The position numbers were made by a program, and so were the translations under genes. DNA of 32,000 nucleotides. Source: Planctopirus limnophila DSM 3776 (lineage in GTDB: Bacteria > Planctomycetota > Planctomycetia > Planctomycetales > Planctomycetaceae). This document shows, piece after piece, positions 17,630 to 26,747 of the stretch (position 1 is the stretch's first letter; every line of letters begins with the position of its first letter). The notes under the pieces are model-generated. The model had not been told where the DNA came from and made no database searches. It worked only from the letters and a program-made list of their open reading frames with translations. Location of the stretch: NCBI RefSeq assembly GCF_000092105.1, contig NC_014148.1, positions 1,170,001 through 1,202,000 on the forward strand. The letters run 5' to 3'.

Positions 17630-17720
17630 GGGGAGGTTGGGGTTGAGCGTTTTCGCGATCCCCCAGATCATGCCAAAGATCGCTGGGGGTTCGCAGACTC
17701 AACCCCAGCCACCCGCCGCC
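17630..17720. repeat. Inverted doublet of H-family repeats (REPIN-like)
   Basis: 17630-17665 is a reverse-orientation copy (reverse complement TGGGGGATCGCG-AAAA-CGCTCAACCCC-AACCTCCCC). 17684-17720 is a forward copy with a short internal deletion. They are 18 nt apart with the tails pointing outward. Confidence 0.85.
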
Positions 17721-17876
17721 CCAATGGAATTCTGTGGCTGCTGACGTTCCACTGACAGCATCTTGCCGGGGAGACTGTGGGTGCGAGGCTGTTGTTTCTG
17801 GGTGATGTCGCTAAAGTTCATGCTGCAGCGTGTGCTGATGAACTGTTCCTGCCGTGTTTCCTGAGAAAGCCGATTG

Positions 17877-18515
17877 ATGCGACAAGCCCCGCCTGAGAAT
17901 GTGTGTCGAATGCTGCTGTGCCGGCATGGAGCGACGGCTGCGAATGAGATGCGTCCCTACATTTTGCAGGGGTGTGAAATGAACGGGCCGCTCACGGCGA
18001 TTGGTGAAGCGCAAGCCCGATCGCTCGCGGCGGCATTGAGTGCCTTTCGTATTGCAGGGGTTTATGCGAGCCCACTTCAGAGGGCTCATCAGACAGCAGA
18101 GTTCATTGCGAACAGCCATCAGTTGAAGGTAGAGACTGATGCGAACTTACGGGAATGCAGCGTCGGTCGCTGGGAAGGGCTCGACTGGGAAACGATCCGG
18201 ACGAAGGACAAAGAGGCTCACGATCATTTTTTTGCTGATCCCGCAACCAATCCTCACCCGGGGGGCGAATCCTACTCTGATGTGCTTCATCGTGCTGAGC
18301 CGACTCTGAAACAACTGGCTGAGCGGCATCAGGGTGAGAATATTGTGGTGGTGGCTCACAATATGCTCAATCGAGTGATGCTGACACCGCTCTTGGGTTT
18401 ACCTCTCCGCCTGGCGCGTCAGGTCAAGCAGGCCAATTGCTGTATTAATGTGATCGAGTGGACGACTGACCGAGCCGAACTGATCACGCTCAACAGTGTG
18501 CTTCATCTTGATTGA
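17877..18515 (+). CDS. Histidine phosphatase (phosphoglycerate mutase-like) family protein
   Basis: Catalytic RHG motif (LLCRHGATAANE), SPLQRAHQTAE and the second His motif VVVAHNMLNRV. The start is uncertain: ATG 17877, or ATG 17910 giving MLLCRHGAT. Confidence 0.85.
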   Translation: MRQAPPENVCRMLLCRHGATAANEMRPYILQGCEMNGPLTAIGEAQARSLAAALSAFRIAGVYASPLQRAHQTAEFIANSHQLKVETDANLRECSVGRWEGLDWETIRTKDKEAHDHFFADPATNPHPGGESYSDVLHRAEPTLKQLAERHQGENIVVVAHNMLNRVMLTPLLGLPLRLARQVKQANCCINVIEWTTDRAELITLNSVLHLD

Positions 18516-18561
18516 TCGCATGGAGATTGAGCAGCGAGCCAGAGATCCGGTGGTTTACTCA

Positions 18562-18630
18562 TCCCAGAAGTCAAAGGCGTGTAGAGAGGTTTTCAAACAT
18601 GCTTGCTCAGAGCCGCAAGCATGGCACGCA
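18562..18630 (+). repeat. P-family repeat copy with a perfect 9-bp palindrome arm pair
   Basis: TCCCAGAAG, then 27 nt, then CATGCTTGC-TCAGAGCC-GCAAGCATG-GCAC. It lies in the convergent spacer between the phosphatase and glycosyltransferase genes. Confidence 0.85.
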
Positions 18631-18667
18631 AGGCATGTTCGCCATTACCGATCAGAGTCGAATGACC

Positions 18668-18700
18668 TGGGGGTTCGCGAAGACGCTCAACCCCAGCCAC
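18668..18700 (+). repeat. H-family hairpin repeat copy
   Basis: TGGGGGTTCGCGAAGACGCTCAACCCCAGCCAC, 40 nt downstream of the P copy. Confidence 0.85.
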
Positions 18701-18748
18701 GCCATACCGACGAGCAGAGTTTATTTTTGGTATCTGTCTCGGATCGAT

Positions 18749-20638
18749 CTATTGCTTAGGTGAATTCTGGGCGCGGGCCGTTTCATACTCTTGAATGGCT
18801 TGTGCAAAGGCCGCTTTTCGTTCGGGAGTATCGAGTCGATAGAGATTGATGGAATAGCCGGCGCGCGCATCGGGCTGCCAGGTGCGGAATTTCTGATAGG
18901 GATCGTTGCCGAAGACGTATAGCCCACCCAGGTGGGTGACAGAAATCGCCAGAAGTTCATAGTCCTCCAGTGGTCGGCGGAGTGCTTTGGTGGGGTCGGC
19001 CTCAATGCCATAAGCGGTTGGTAAAGCCGTCCCGAAGTATTGCAAAGCGACTTTTGACGAGTCTTCGCTGGAGAGTAACTGCTGCAAGGTGGGGAGATCC
19101 TGGCCCCAATCGATGTTTGAATCGAGGAGCAACCTGCCACCCTGCTCCGGCCCACCACAAAGCCCATTAAAGTAGGAGAGGGCGTGGGGCTGTATCGACC
19201 ATGAACTCCAAAACTGCATGGCCAACAACAGGCTGGTACTTAGTGTGATTATCATATGAGGCCAATAGGCATTCGAGGTACCATTCGTATTAAGGAAGCG
19301 ATCTATAAAACTACGATAAATCATGAAGATCGTATCAATACCCAGCATGATGAAGAGTGGGTAGAGGATCAATACATAGCGGTGGCCGATATTGATGCGG
19401 GCAAAGAGCAGGAGTGCTGCCAATACAGCGAAAGAAAGCCACAAGCAGCGGCGGGAGAAATCGAGTTTACTCCAGCTTATGCAACCAGCCAGCCTCAGGA
19501 AAATCGTGCCCAAAAGCAGCAGAGCGATCAGAATCAGTTCGGAGGGTGTGCTTTTGAATCCGATGGTGCAGGGGAAGTATGTACGCCAGCCAGTGAGTGA
19601 GGTTTCACCCATCAGAAAGGCTGTGTGTCCGCTTTTGTTGTGGAGGTATTGAAAAAGGACACCCGCAATTGGAGCGGGCCTTTTCCAGCGACGATGGGCC
19701 TGATCCATGATCCAGTCGGCCCAGGGTCCGCGACCAAGGATTTCGACCCAGGGTGAATCGGGAGGCGTGACTTCCAGTGGAACATTTTTAAGTGGACCGG
19801 TAAACGAAAAGCCATGAATGGCCCACCACAGGGGGATCACGAGCAGCAGCAGTAACGTGTAAGTGATGAAAGTCTGCCGGACCACAGGCCACCAGACACG
19901 CGATAACTGACTTTTAGAACTGGATTCGACGGGCTCGTCTGTGTGGGAAACGTTTTGGTCGCGAAGAGCCCGCCCGAGGAACATCAGTCCGGCAACGGGA
20001 AAGAGAAAGACCCCTGAGTACTTTGCCGAAAGGCAGGCGGCCATGGCGATGGCGAGGATTCCAAGCCGCACCCAGGTTGGCCTTTCGAGATAGTGGGCTA
20101 ACGCCAGAATTCCCAGCAATCCGAACAAAGTGAAGCTTAAATCGGTTGTCGCCAGGGCGGCATGGGCCTGAATTGTGGGTGAAGCGGCTGTCATGAGGAC
20201 ACCCAGGGTCGCACCGACAGGCCCGCACTTTTTGCCCAGCCATAACCAGATGACGATGAGCAGGGGCATGCCCACGAGAAGTGTGTTGAGGCGGCGAGGC
20301 CAGATGATCAACTGAGGATCATTTTCCTGTCCGACCCAGACTTCATGGCGATACTCATTTCGAGAGAGGAGCAGTGGTGGAAGATAGCAGATGATGATGG
20401 GGAGTGGTGCGACGCCGCAATCGCAGATGGCAGGATCGAGTGTTCCCGAAGCGACTGTCCTGACGCCGGCATTGAGATAAAATGTTTCGTCGAACGTGAG
20501 GCTCGATGTCGCTTGAATCTGGAAGCTTGCATAGCCCAAAAGCCCCATCGCCAGAAATAAGGCCAGCCACGAATAGACCGGAATTTTGCGGCTGATGGCT
20601 GAGAGAGTCAGATTTGGCTGAGAGGCCGTGGCTATCAT
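18749..20638 (-). CDS. GT-C fold (ArnT/PMT-like, GT39/GT83-type) polytopic membrane glycosyltransferase with a C-terminal soluble domain
   Basis: More than ten hydrophobic segments. An acidic FDETFY motif sits in the first extracytoplasmic loop, as in lipid-carrier-dependent glycosyltransferases. The C-terminal part of about 150 aa is non-hydrophobic. ATG at 20638. Confidence 0.6.
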   Translation of the reverse strand: MIATASQPNLTLSAISRKIPVYSWLALFLAMGLLGYASFQIQATSSLTFDETFYLNAGVRTVASGTLDPAICDCGVAPLPIIICYLPPLLLSRNEYRHEVWVGQENDPQLIIWPRRLNTLLVGMPLLIVIWLWLGKKCGPVGATLGVLMTAASPTIQAHAALATTDLSFTLFGLLGILALAHYLERPTWVRLGILAIAMAACLSAKYSGVFLFPVAGLMFLGRALRDQNVSHTDEPVESSSKSQLSRVWWPVVRQTFITYTLLLLLVIPLWWAIHGFSFTGPLKNVPLEVTPPDSPWVEILGRGPWADWIMDQAHRRWKRPAPIAGVLFQYLHNKSGHTAFLMGETSLTGWRTYFPCTIGFKSTPSELILIALLLLGTIFLRLAGCISWSKLDFSRRCLWLSFAVLAALLLFARINIGHRYVLILYPLFIMLGIDTIFMIYRSFIDRFLNTNGTSNAYWPHMIITLSTSLLLAMQFWSSWSIQPHALSYFNGLCGGPEQGGRLLLDSNIDWGQDLPTLQQLLSSEDSSKVALQYFGTALPTAYGIEADPTKALRRPLEDYELLAISVTHLGGLYVFGNDPYQKFRTWQPDARAGYSINLYRLDTPERKAAFAQAIQEYETARAQNSPKQ

Positions 20639-20724
20639 GTTTTCAAGTTTTTCCCATGGTTATCTTACCACCCAATCGTCAACGATTGGCGAAGGTCGAG
20701 TGGAAGAGCGAAGCTGCTGGAGTG

Positions 20725-23331
20725 CTATTTGAGACAGAATGTTTCGCTGGTGGCAATCGCTTCGAGCATGGCGGATAAGCGGTAATCATTGTCGCGAGCG
20801 GCCTGCACAATGCGGTCGATGGCGGGTTGATCGGAGAGACCCAGTTCTCTGCCGAGTGCGTAAGTGAGCAGACGTTCTGCCAGGGCTTTGACGAATAGAT
20901 CGTGGCGCTGGTAGAGAGCTTGCTGCAATCCGCGAACGCCGACGATGTTTGTCCCGTCGGGCATGCGGGATGAGGCATCGATCAGTGGATCATTGGCCTG
21001 GATTCTGCCCTGGTAGCCAAACCCTTCGCGTTCGCGCCAATCACCGGTGGCATTGAAGTTTTCGAGTGCGAACCCCAAGGGATCGATCTTATTGTGGCAG
21101 CGGGCGCATTGAGGCAATTCGCGATGGATTTCCAGCCGCTGGCGAACGGTGGCTTTGTCGATGCCGGGGACTTTGGGGGCAATCTCGCCGGCATTGGCGA
21201 CGGGGAGGCCGGGATCTGTCCCCAATAATGTCTTGAGAATCCAGGTTCCTCGTTTGACGGGAGAAGTACGTGTTCCGTTGGAGGTCAGGCAAAGAATCGA
21301 AGCCTGGGTGACGATTCCGCCGCGAGGGATATCGCTGGAAACCTGGACGCGCCGGAACTGATCGCCGCGGACTCCATCAATGTCATAGAAGCGGGCCAGT
21401 CGTTCATTGATGACGACAAAATCGGATTGGATCATTTGCCGGACATCGAGATCGTGCTGCAGAAACTCCTGAAAGTAGGCCAGTGATTCTTCGATCATCG
21501 ATGTTTCGAGATGACGGTCGTATTCCGGATAGAGATCTTTGGCGGGAGGATTGGCTCCGACTTGCCTTAAACCCAGCCATTGGCCAGCAAAGTTTTCGAC
21601 AAAGGCTCGCGAACGAGCATCTTTGAGCATTCGTGCGACCTGGCTTTTGAGGACTTCTGGCTGTGAAAGCCGCTTTTCGGCTGCGAGTTGCAAGAGTTGA
21701 TTATCGGGCATACTTGACCAGAGCCAGTATGAGAGTCTGGTGGCCAGTTGATAGTCATCGAGTGGCTGGGCGGGGTTTTGTACGGGATTTTCGACGAGAT
21801 ATAAAAAGTTGGGTGACGTGAGAATCGAGATGAGTGGCAGCTTGAGGGCTTCAATGAAGGTGCGGGATTTGCGGGCAGAAATAAACTGAGCCAGACGCTG
21901 CTGCACCTCGGCTTCGTCAGGTGGCCGACGATAGGCCCGCTGCATCATGTTCCGGAGGATGGAGGTGACTGCGGATGCCTCTTTGTCGGCGGAAGGAAGC
22001 TGTTTCCCGACGATGAGCTGATGACTGGGAGGTGGCCAGCTTTCGAAGATCGGTCCTTCGATTTCGAACCAGTCGACCAGTAACTCGGGTCGAGCAAACT
22101 CCAGTGCGGATTGCAGCCAGAAATTTTCCAGTTCGCGCGGAATTGAATAGGCATACTCGAAAGAGATGCCTGCCGTTTCGGTCGTCATGCGGGTCAAAAA
22201 TGTCTTGATCTCGGGCTGTTCCCGGGTCCCTTCAATATCGAACTCGGCAATGGTGCGAGGTTGTGAACCCAGTTGAACATTGAGTTTGGCGCGGACTGGG
22301 CCGTAATCGTAGATCCGGGAGGTTTCGAAGTGCTGGAGATCTCGCTGGTACTGCTCTTCATGCTGTCGGGTTCGTTCGGGATGTTTGGCGATCTGCTCGT
22401 CGCGCCGCTTCGCGAGAATTTTTGCGGCACTGGCGATGACTTCCTGGCGAGTGGGTTTTGTCCCGGCCAGTTGCGCCCGGATGCGATAGGTGCCGGCAAT
22501 GGGAACACGAAAATCGCGAGCCCCCACATTCGTATCCCACGAGGCGTGGTGAACAGCGACCCATTCGCCATCCTGCCGGTTGTTGCCACCATTGACGAGA
22601 GGATTGTTTTTGGGATCGAGCCGCAGACGCACTCGATCGGCAGGGCCGGCCTTTGGGTCGAACTTCCAGCGGATCGTCGGAGGTTGTTCCCCCTCGACCA
22701 GTGCGCGATCGAGAATCTGCCTGGCTGAAGCGAGGTAGAGTTCCATGTGCATGGGGGAGATTGTCAACGCACTTCCGTTGTTGTCGAAACCTCCTGCCGC
22801 GGGGTCTTCTGGAAATGCTGAGACATCGAAATCAAGGCCCACGAGATCGCGAATTGTGCGGCGGTATTCATCGCGTGTCAGGCGTCTTAATACATTGGTT
22901 TGTTCTCGCGAAAATTTCTCTGCACGGACGGCTTCGGCTGTTACCCAGTCGACAACGGCGGCGACTTCTTTCGCCTGTGGCTGAGGACTTTCTTCGGGTG
23001 GCATTTCGTGGGAGTTGAGGACATTGACGACCTCCCGCCAGCGAGCTTTGGCCACGGGGTCTGTCAATTGATTCTTCAGTAGTGCTGCATCAAGGCTGAA
23101 GTCGCCTTCGGGTTTGTCCCCTGAGTGACATTCGCTGCAGTACGATTTGAAAAAAGGTGCGACAAGTTTTTGATACCCCTGCTGATCGGGGACAAACTCA
23201 GTGGTTCGATGCTCGGCAGCCCATACCGTGGGCTGCACGCTGAAGAGGAACAGGATGCACAAGGTGAGCCAGAAAGGATTTCGCCCTTCAGAATCACATA
23301 AAGTGATGGAAAACTGGTAGATTTTCAGCAT
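20725..23331 (-). CDS. DUF1592/DUF1588-family protein with planctomycete cytochrome-c (PSCyt-type) motifs
   Basis: Signal peptide. CxxCH sits in FFKSYCSECHSGDKPEGDFSLD (codons at 23125-23139). A second CxxCH sits in LPQCARCHNKIDPLGFALENF. The roughly 870-aa layout is typical of this Planctomycetes/Verrucomicrobia family. Confidence 0.8.
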   Translation of the reverse strand: MLKIYQFSITLCDSEGRNPFWLTLCILFLFSVQPTVWAAEHRTTEFVPDQQGYQKLVAPFFKSYCSECHSGDKPEGDFSLDAALLKNQLTDPVAKARWREVVNVLNSHEMPPEESPQPQAKEVAAVVDWVTAEAVRAEKFSREQTNVLRRLTRDEYRRTIRDLVGLDFDVSAFPEDPAAGGFDNNGSALTISPMHMELYLASARQILDRALVEGEQPPTIRWKFDPKAGPADRVRLRLDPKNNPLVNGGNNRQDGEWVAVHHASWDTNVGARDFRVPIAGTYRIRAQLAGTKPTRQEVIASAAKILAKRRDEQIAKHPERTRQHEEQYQRDLQHFETSRIYDYGPVRAKLNVQLGSQPRTIAEFDIEGTREQPEIKTFLTRMTTETAGISFEYAYSIPRELENFWLQSALEFARPELLVDWFEIEGPIFESWPPPSHQLIVGKQLPSADKEASAVTSILRNMMQRAYRRPPDEAEVQQRLAQFISARKSRTFIEALKLPLISILTSPNFLYLVENPVQNPAQPLDDYQLATRLSYWLWSSMPDNQLLQLAAEKRLSQPEVLKSQVARMLKDARSRAFVENFAGQWLGLRQVGANPPAKDLYPEYDRHLETSMIEESLAYFQEFLQHDLDVRQMIQSDFVVINERLARFYDIDGVRGDQFRRVQVSSDIPRGGIVTQASILCLTSNGTRTSPVKRGTWILKTLLGTDPGLPVANAGEIAPKVPGIDKATVRQRLEIHRELPQCARCHNKIDPLGFALENFNATGDWREREGFGYQGRIQANDPLIDASSRMPDGTNIVGVRGLQQALYQRHDLFVKALAERLLTYALGRELGLSDQPAIDRIVQAARDNDYRLSAMLEAIATSETFCLK

Positions 23332-23495
23332 GGGATCGTATCCGGAAGCATGGCTGATTCGTCATGTCGCAAATGTCTGATGTGGGATGAGCATCGCATC
23401 CACGATTTGTTATACAATGCCGATGTACCAAAAGGCAGCACTCCGTTTTCGGCGTATGGCTTTTGAGAATGTGGATTGCGTTTTGTGGGATCACT

Positions 23496-24632
23496 ATGCC
23501 GGATGCTCTCTCGCCAAGACCGACTCAAACCCGCGCAGCCTCTGGGGTTCAGAAATCACATGCCTGGTGGTGGGGCTTCCTGCTGTTATTGGCGGGAGTT
23601 GGATTGGGAGCGGGCATGCTCGCCAATTCATGGATCATGGCCAATAAAGGCCGAGGGGAAAAAAGTGGACCGCCAGAAGGTGTGGTCGCACCTGCGGGGA
23701 TGGTCTGGATCCCTGGTGGTGAATTTCGCATGGGTTCGAATGATCCACTGGCATGGGATGACGAACGTCCGACACATCCTGTTTCTGTGGAGGGTTTCTG
23801 GCTTGATGAGCACGAAGTGACCAATCGGGAGTTTGCCGAGTTTGTTAAAGCCACGGGCTATGTGACGACTGCTGAAAAAGCTCCGACAGTCGAAGAGATT
23901 CTGGCGAACAGTCCTCCCGGCACAGCAGCACCAGATCCTGCAGTGCTCGTGCCGGCTTCGTTAGTGTTTACTCCGCCCGATCATCCGGTCCCTTTGAATG
24001 ATTTTTCGCAGTGGTGGGTCTGGACACCTGGTGCGAACTGGCGTCATCCCGAAGGGCCGGGTTCGAATATCGACGAGCGAATGGATCATCCCGTGGTGCA
24101 TGTCTCGTGGGATGATGCCAGTGCCTATGCCCAATGGGCAGGTAAACGGTTGCCTACGGAAGCTGAGTGGGAACGGGCGGCACGCGGCGGCAAAGAGGGC
24201 ATGCCATTCGTCTGGGGGACGACTCCCCCCAGTGAAACTTCACCACAGGCGAATCTGTGGAATGGAAAGTTCCCTTATGAGAATACTGCCAAAGATGGCT
24301 TTACTCGCACGGCTCCGGTCAAATCGTTCCCGGCCAACGATTACGGGCTGTACGATATGTCTGGTAATGTCTGGGAGTGGTGTCACGACTGGTATGACCG
24401 GGAGCTCTATTCCAAACGGCCACAACTGGCAGTGACAAAAAATCCGTCTGGGCCCGAGAAAAGCCACGACCCCACGCAACCTTTCCAGCAGTTGCGATCT
24501 CAACGTGGCGGTTCGTTTCTATGTAATGATAGCTATTGTTCACGCTATCGCCCCAGTGCCCGGCATGGCTGCAGCCCTGATACCGGGATGTCGCATGTGG
24601 GCTTCCGCTGTGCAAAGTCGGTGGTCCCATGA
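23496..24632 (+). CDS. Formylglycine-generating enzyme (FGE/SUMF1 family) with an N-terminal membrane anchor
   Basis: [47 protein letters not shown] and [11 protein letters not shown] are present. The C-terminal [37 protein letters not shown] aligns with human FGE GGSYMCHRSYCYRYRCAAR...LGFRCA. Both active-site Cys are present (TGT at 24522 and 24537). TM anchor: [20 protein letters not shown]. The start is ATG 23496 or ATG 23469; the track's 23463 is TTG. Confidence 0.85.
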   Translation: MPDALSPRPTQTRAASGVQKSHAWWWGFLLLLAGVGLGAGMLANSWIMANKGRGEKSGPPEGVVAPAGMVWIPGGEFRMGSNDPLAWDDERPTHPVSVEGFWLDEHEVTNREFAEFVKATGYVTTAEKAPTVEEILANSPPGTAAPDPAVLVPASLVFTPPDHPVPLNDFSQWWVWTPGANWRHPEGPGSNIDERMDHPVVHVSWDDASAYAQWAGKRLPTEAEWERAARGGKEGMPFVWGTTPPSETSPQANLWNGKFPYENTAKDGFTRTAPVKSFPANDYGLYDMSGNVWEWCHDWYDRELYSKRPQLAVTKNPSGPEKSHDPTQPFQQLRSQRGGSFLCNDSYCSRYRPSARHGCSPDTGMSHVGFRCAKSVVP

Positions 24633-26593
24633 TTTCTCCCAAGCCGCAACCAACCCGAGCTGAATCCACGGCGGAAAACAGCAATCGATGGCTCACTGAG
24701 GGACAACTGCAAACATCGATTGCCGGTCTGGCGATCGTGTCCATGCTTGTATGGGGAATCATCGCCTATGGTTCACCCAATTCTACGATTTACAGTTCGA
24801 TTCATCTCGCCGATCTGCCACTGCTCGTGGCCTTGCTGCTGGGGGGCGGCTACCTGGTGGCCGGCCTTATGGGGAATCTTTTCCGGGGAGAGTTTGGCTC
24901 GGATCTGCTGGCTGGTATCTCAATCGTCACCTCTGTGCTGCTAGGGGAATATCTGGCAGGGACACTGGTGGTGCTGATGCTCTCAGGGGGTGAAGCACTC
25001 GAAGCTTACGCTGTCCGCCGGGCCTCGAGTGCTCTTGATGCACTCGCCAAGCGCATGCCCACGGTCGCGCATCGGTTGATTGATGGGCACCTGACCGATG
25101 TCCCGCTCGATCAGGTCAAAGTCGGAGAGTTACTGGTGGTGCTGCCGCACGAGTTCTGTCCGACAGACGGCACAGTCACCGAAGGCCGTGGCACGATGGA
25201 CGAATCGTTCCTCACGGGTGAACCTTATCTGCTTCCCAAGGCGGTGGGGGCGAGTGTGCTTTCGGGGGCCATCAATGGGGAGGCGGCACTGACGATTCGT
25301 GTCGATCAACCTGCCAGTGATTCACGCCATGCCAAGATCATGGAGGTCATGCGGGCTTCTGAGCAGCAGCGGCCGCGCCTAAGGCGGTTGGGTGATCAAC
25401 TGGGAGCCTGGTACACACCACTTGCGGTAGGTATTGGGATTGCGGCGTGGGTCATCAGTGGCGAAGCGATTCGATTTCTGGCAGTTCTGGTGGTGGCGAC
25501 TCCCTGCCCGCTGCTGATTGCGATCCCGGTGGCGATCATCGGTGCGGTTTCACTTTCTGCCCGAAAAGGAATCGTCATTAAGGATCCCGCTGTTCTTGAA
25601 ACAGTCACGCAGTGCCGGGTGGGAATTTTTGATAAAACCGGAACGCTGACCTACGGCCGCCCTGCGATGGTCGAGTTGACGCCACTTTCGGGCTTCGAAC
25701 GTAATCATGTTCTGCAACTGGCAGCCACACTTGAACAATATTCGAGACATCCACTGGCTATGCCATTTCTGGAAGCGATTCAGAAAACGGGTTTGCCATT
25801 GCTGGAAGTTTCGAGTGTGGCGGAACTCCCTGGGCAAGGGCTGACAGGGCTGGTTCAAGGTCATCAGATCGTTGTGACGGGACGTGCAAAACTTCAGAAG
25901 AATCAACCGGCTCTGGCTGAGCAGTTACCACCCACACAAGGGGGCCTCGAATGCGTCATTCTGGTCGATGGACAACTGGCGGCTGTGACGAGTTTTCGTG
26001 ATCGACCCCGAGATGATGGCAAGCGATTTATTGATCATCTTCTCGAACGACATCATTTCCAGAAGGTGATGATCGTTTCGGGAGATCGTGAAAGCGAAGT
26101 CAAGTATCTGGCTGATTCGGTCGGGATCTCGGAGATCTATTTCTCTCAAACACCCGAGCAAAAAGTGGCGATTGTCCGAGCCGAAACTCGAAAAGCTAAG
26201 ACACTTTATGTCGGTGACGGAATCAATGATGCACCGGCTCTTCTCGAAGCGACGGTGGGTCTGGCGTTTGGCCGGGGTAGTGATGTGACGGCTGAGGCGG
26301 CTGGTGCCGTGATTCTGGATGGGAATCTCAAACGAGTGGACGAATTTCTGCACATCAGCCGGCGTTTACGCAGCATTGCCCTGCAAAGTGCTGTGGGGGG
26401 GATTGTTTTGAGTCTCACGGGGATGAGCTTCGCAGCGATGGGATACTTACCACCGGTGTTTGGCGCGATTCTACAGGAAGTGATCGATGTGATTGCTGTC
26501 CTGAATGCGTTGCGCGTCGGTTTTCCTGCAGGATCTTTGGTTGATTATGACTCATCGGATTCCGGGGTAGATTCCGGGAATGTTCCGTCGTGA
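24629..26593 (+). CDS. P1B-type (heavy-metal) P-type ATPase with a TPCP transmembrane motif and no N-terminal metal-binding domain
   Basis: TGEP actuator motif (FLTGEPYLL), DKTGTLT (D at 25631), P1B-specific HP dipeptide (YSRHPLA) and hinge [10 protein letters not shown]. About 8 TM segments. The membrane motif is [13 protein letters not shown] (25499-25510) where CopA has CPC. The start ATG overlaps the FGE stop (ATGA at 24629-24632). Confidence 0.9.
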   Translation: MISPKPQPTRAESTAENSNRWLTEGQLQTSIAGLAIVSMLVWGIIAYGSPNSTIYSSIHLADLPLLVALLLGGGYLVAGLMGNLFRGEFGSDLLAGISIVTSVLLGEYLAGTLVVLMLSGGEALEAYAVRRASSALDALAKRMPTVAHRLIDGHLTDVPLDQVKVGELLVVLPHEFCPTDGTVTEGRGTMDESFLTGEPYLLPKAVGASVLSGAINGEAALTIRVDQPASDSRHAKIMEVMRASEQQRPRLRRLGDQLGAWYTPLAVGIGIAAWVISGEAIRFLAVLVVATPCPLLIAIPVAIIGAVSLSARKGIVIKDPAVLETVTQCRVGIFDKTGTLTYGRPAMVELTPLSGFERNHVLQLAATLEQYSRHPLAMPFLEAIQKTGLPLLEVSSVAELPGQGLTGLVQGHQIVVTGRAKLQKNQPALAEQLPPTQGGLECVILVDGQLAAVTSFRDRPRDDGKRFIDHLLERHHFQKVMIVSGDRESEVKYLADSVGISEIYFSQTPEQKVAIVRAETRKAKTLYVGDGINDAPALLEATVGLAFGRGSDVTAEAAGAVILDGNLKRVDEFLHISRRLRSIALQSAVGGIVLSLTGMSFAAMGYLPPVFGAILQEVIDVIAVLNALRVGFPAGSLVDYDSSDSGVDSGNVPS

Positions 26594-26638
26594 GAACTGG
26601 AATTTCAGGTCTGGTTGAGGTTTGGAACTGTTTTGCGT

Positions 26639-26706
26639 TTCGGAAATCCATGGTGAGTTGAGGGACGGCGAGGCATGCTTGCCCAGGGCTGCAAGCATGG
26701 CACGGG
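26639..26706 (+). repeat. P-family repeat copy with a perfect palindrome
   Basis: CATGCTTGC-CCAGGGCT-GCAAGCATG-GCAC at 26674-26703, with a degenerate 5' module. It lies in the convergent spacer between the ATPase and dehydrogenase genes. Confidence 0.85.
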
Positions 26707-26747
26707 ATTCACAAAACCGGGGCACCCATCTGAAGATGTTTTCTGGT

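Noticed and set aside
18496-18763. Two overlapping plus-strand ORFs of about 85 aa in the convergent spacer after the phosphatase gene
   Set aside because: They are built from one P and one H repeat copy, with no start-site support. The same applies to the minus-strand ORF at 17429-17671, which crosses the H doublet.
23411-23418. TATACAAT as a -10 box for the FGE/ATPase operon
   Set aside because: There is no acceptable -35 element at a 17-bp spacing, and the promoter consensus in this lineage is uncertain. It is not supportable from sequence alone.
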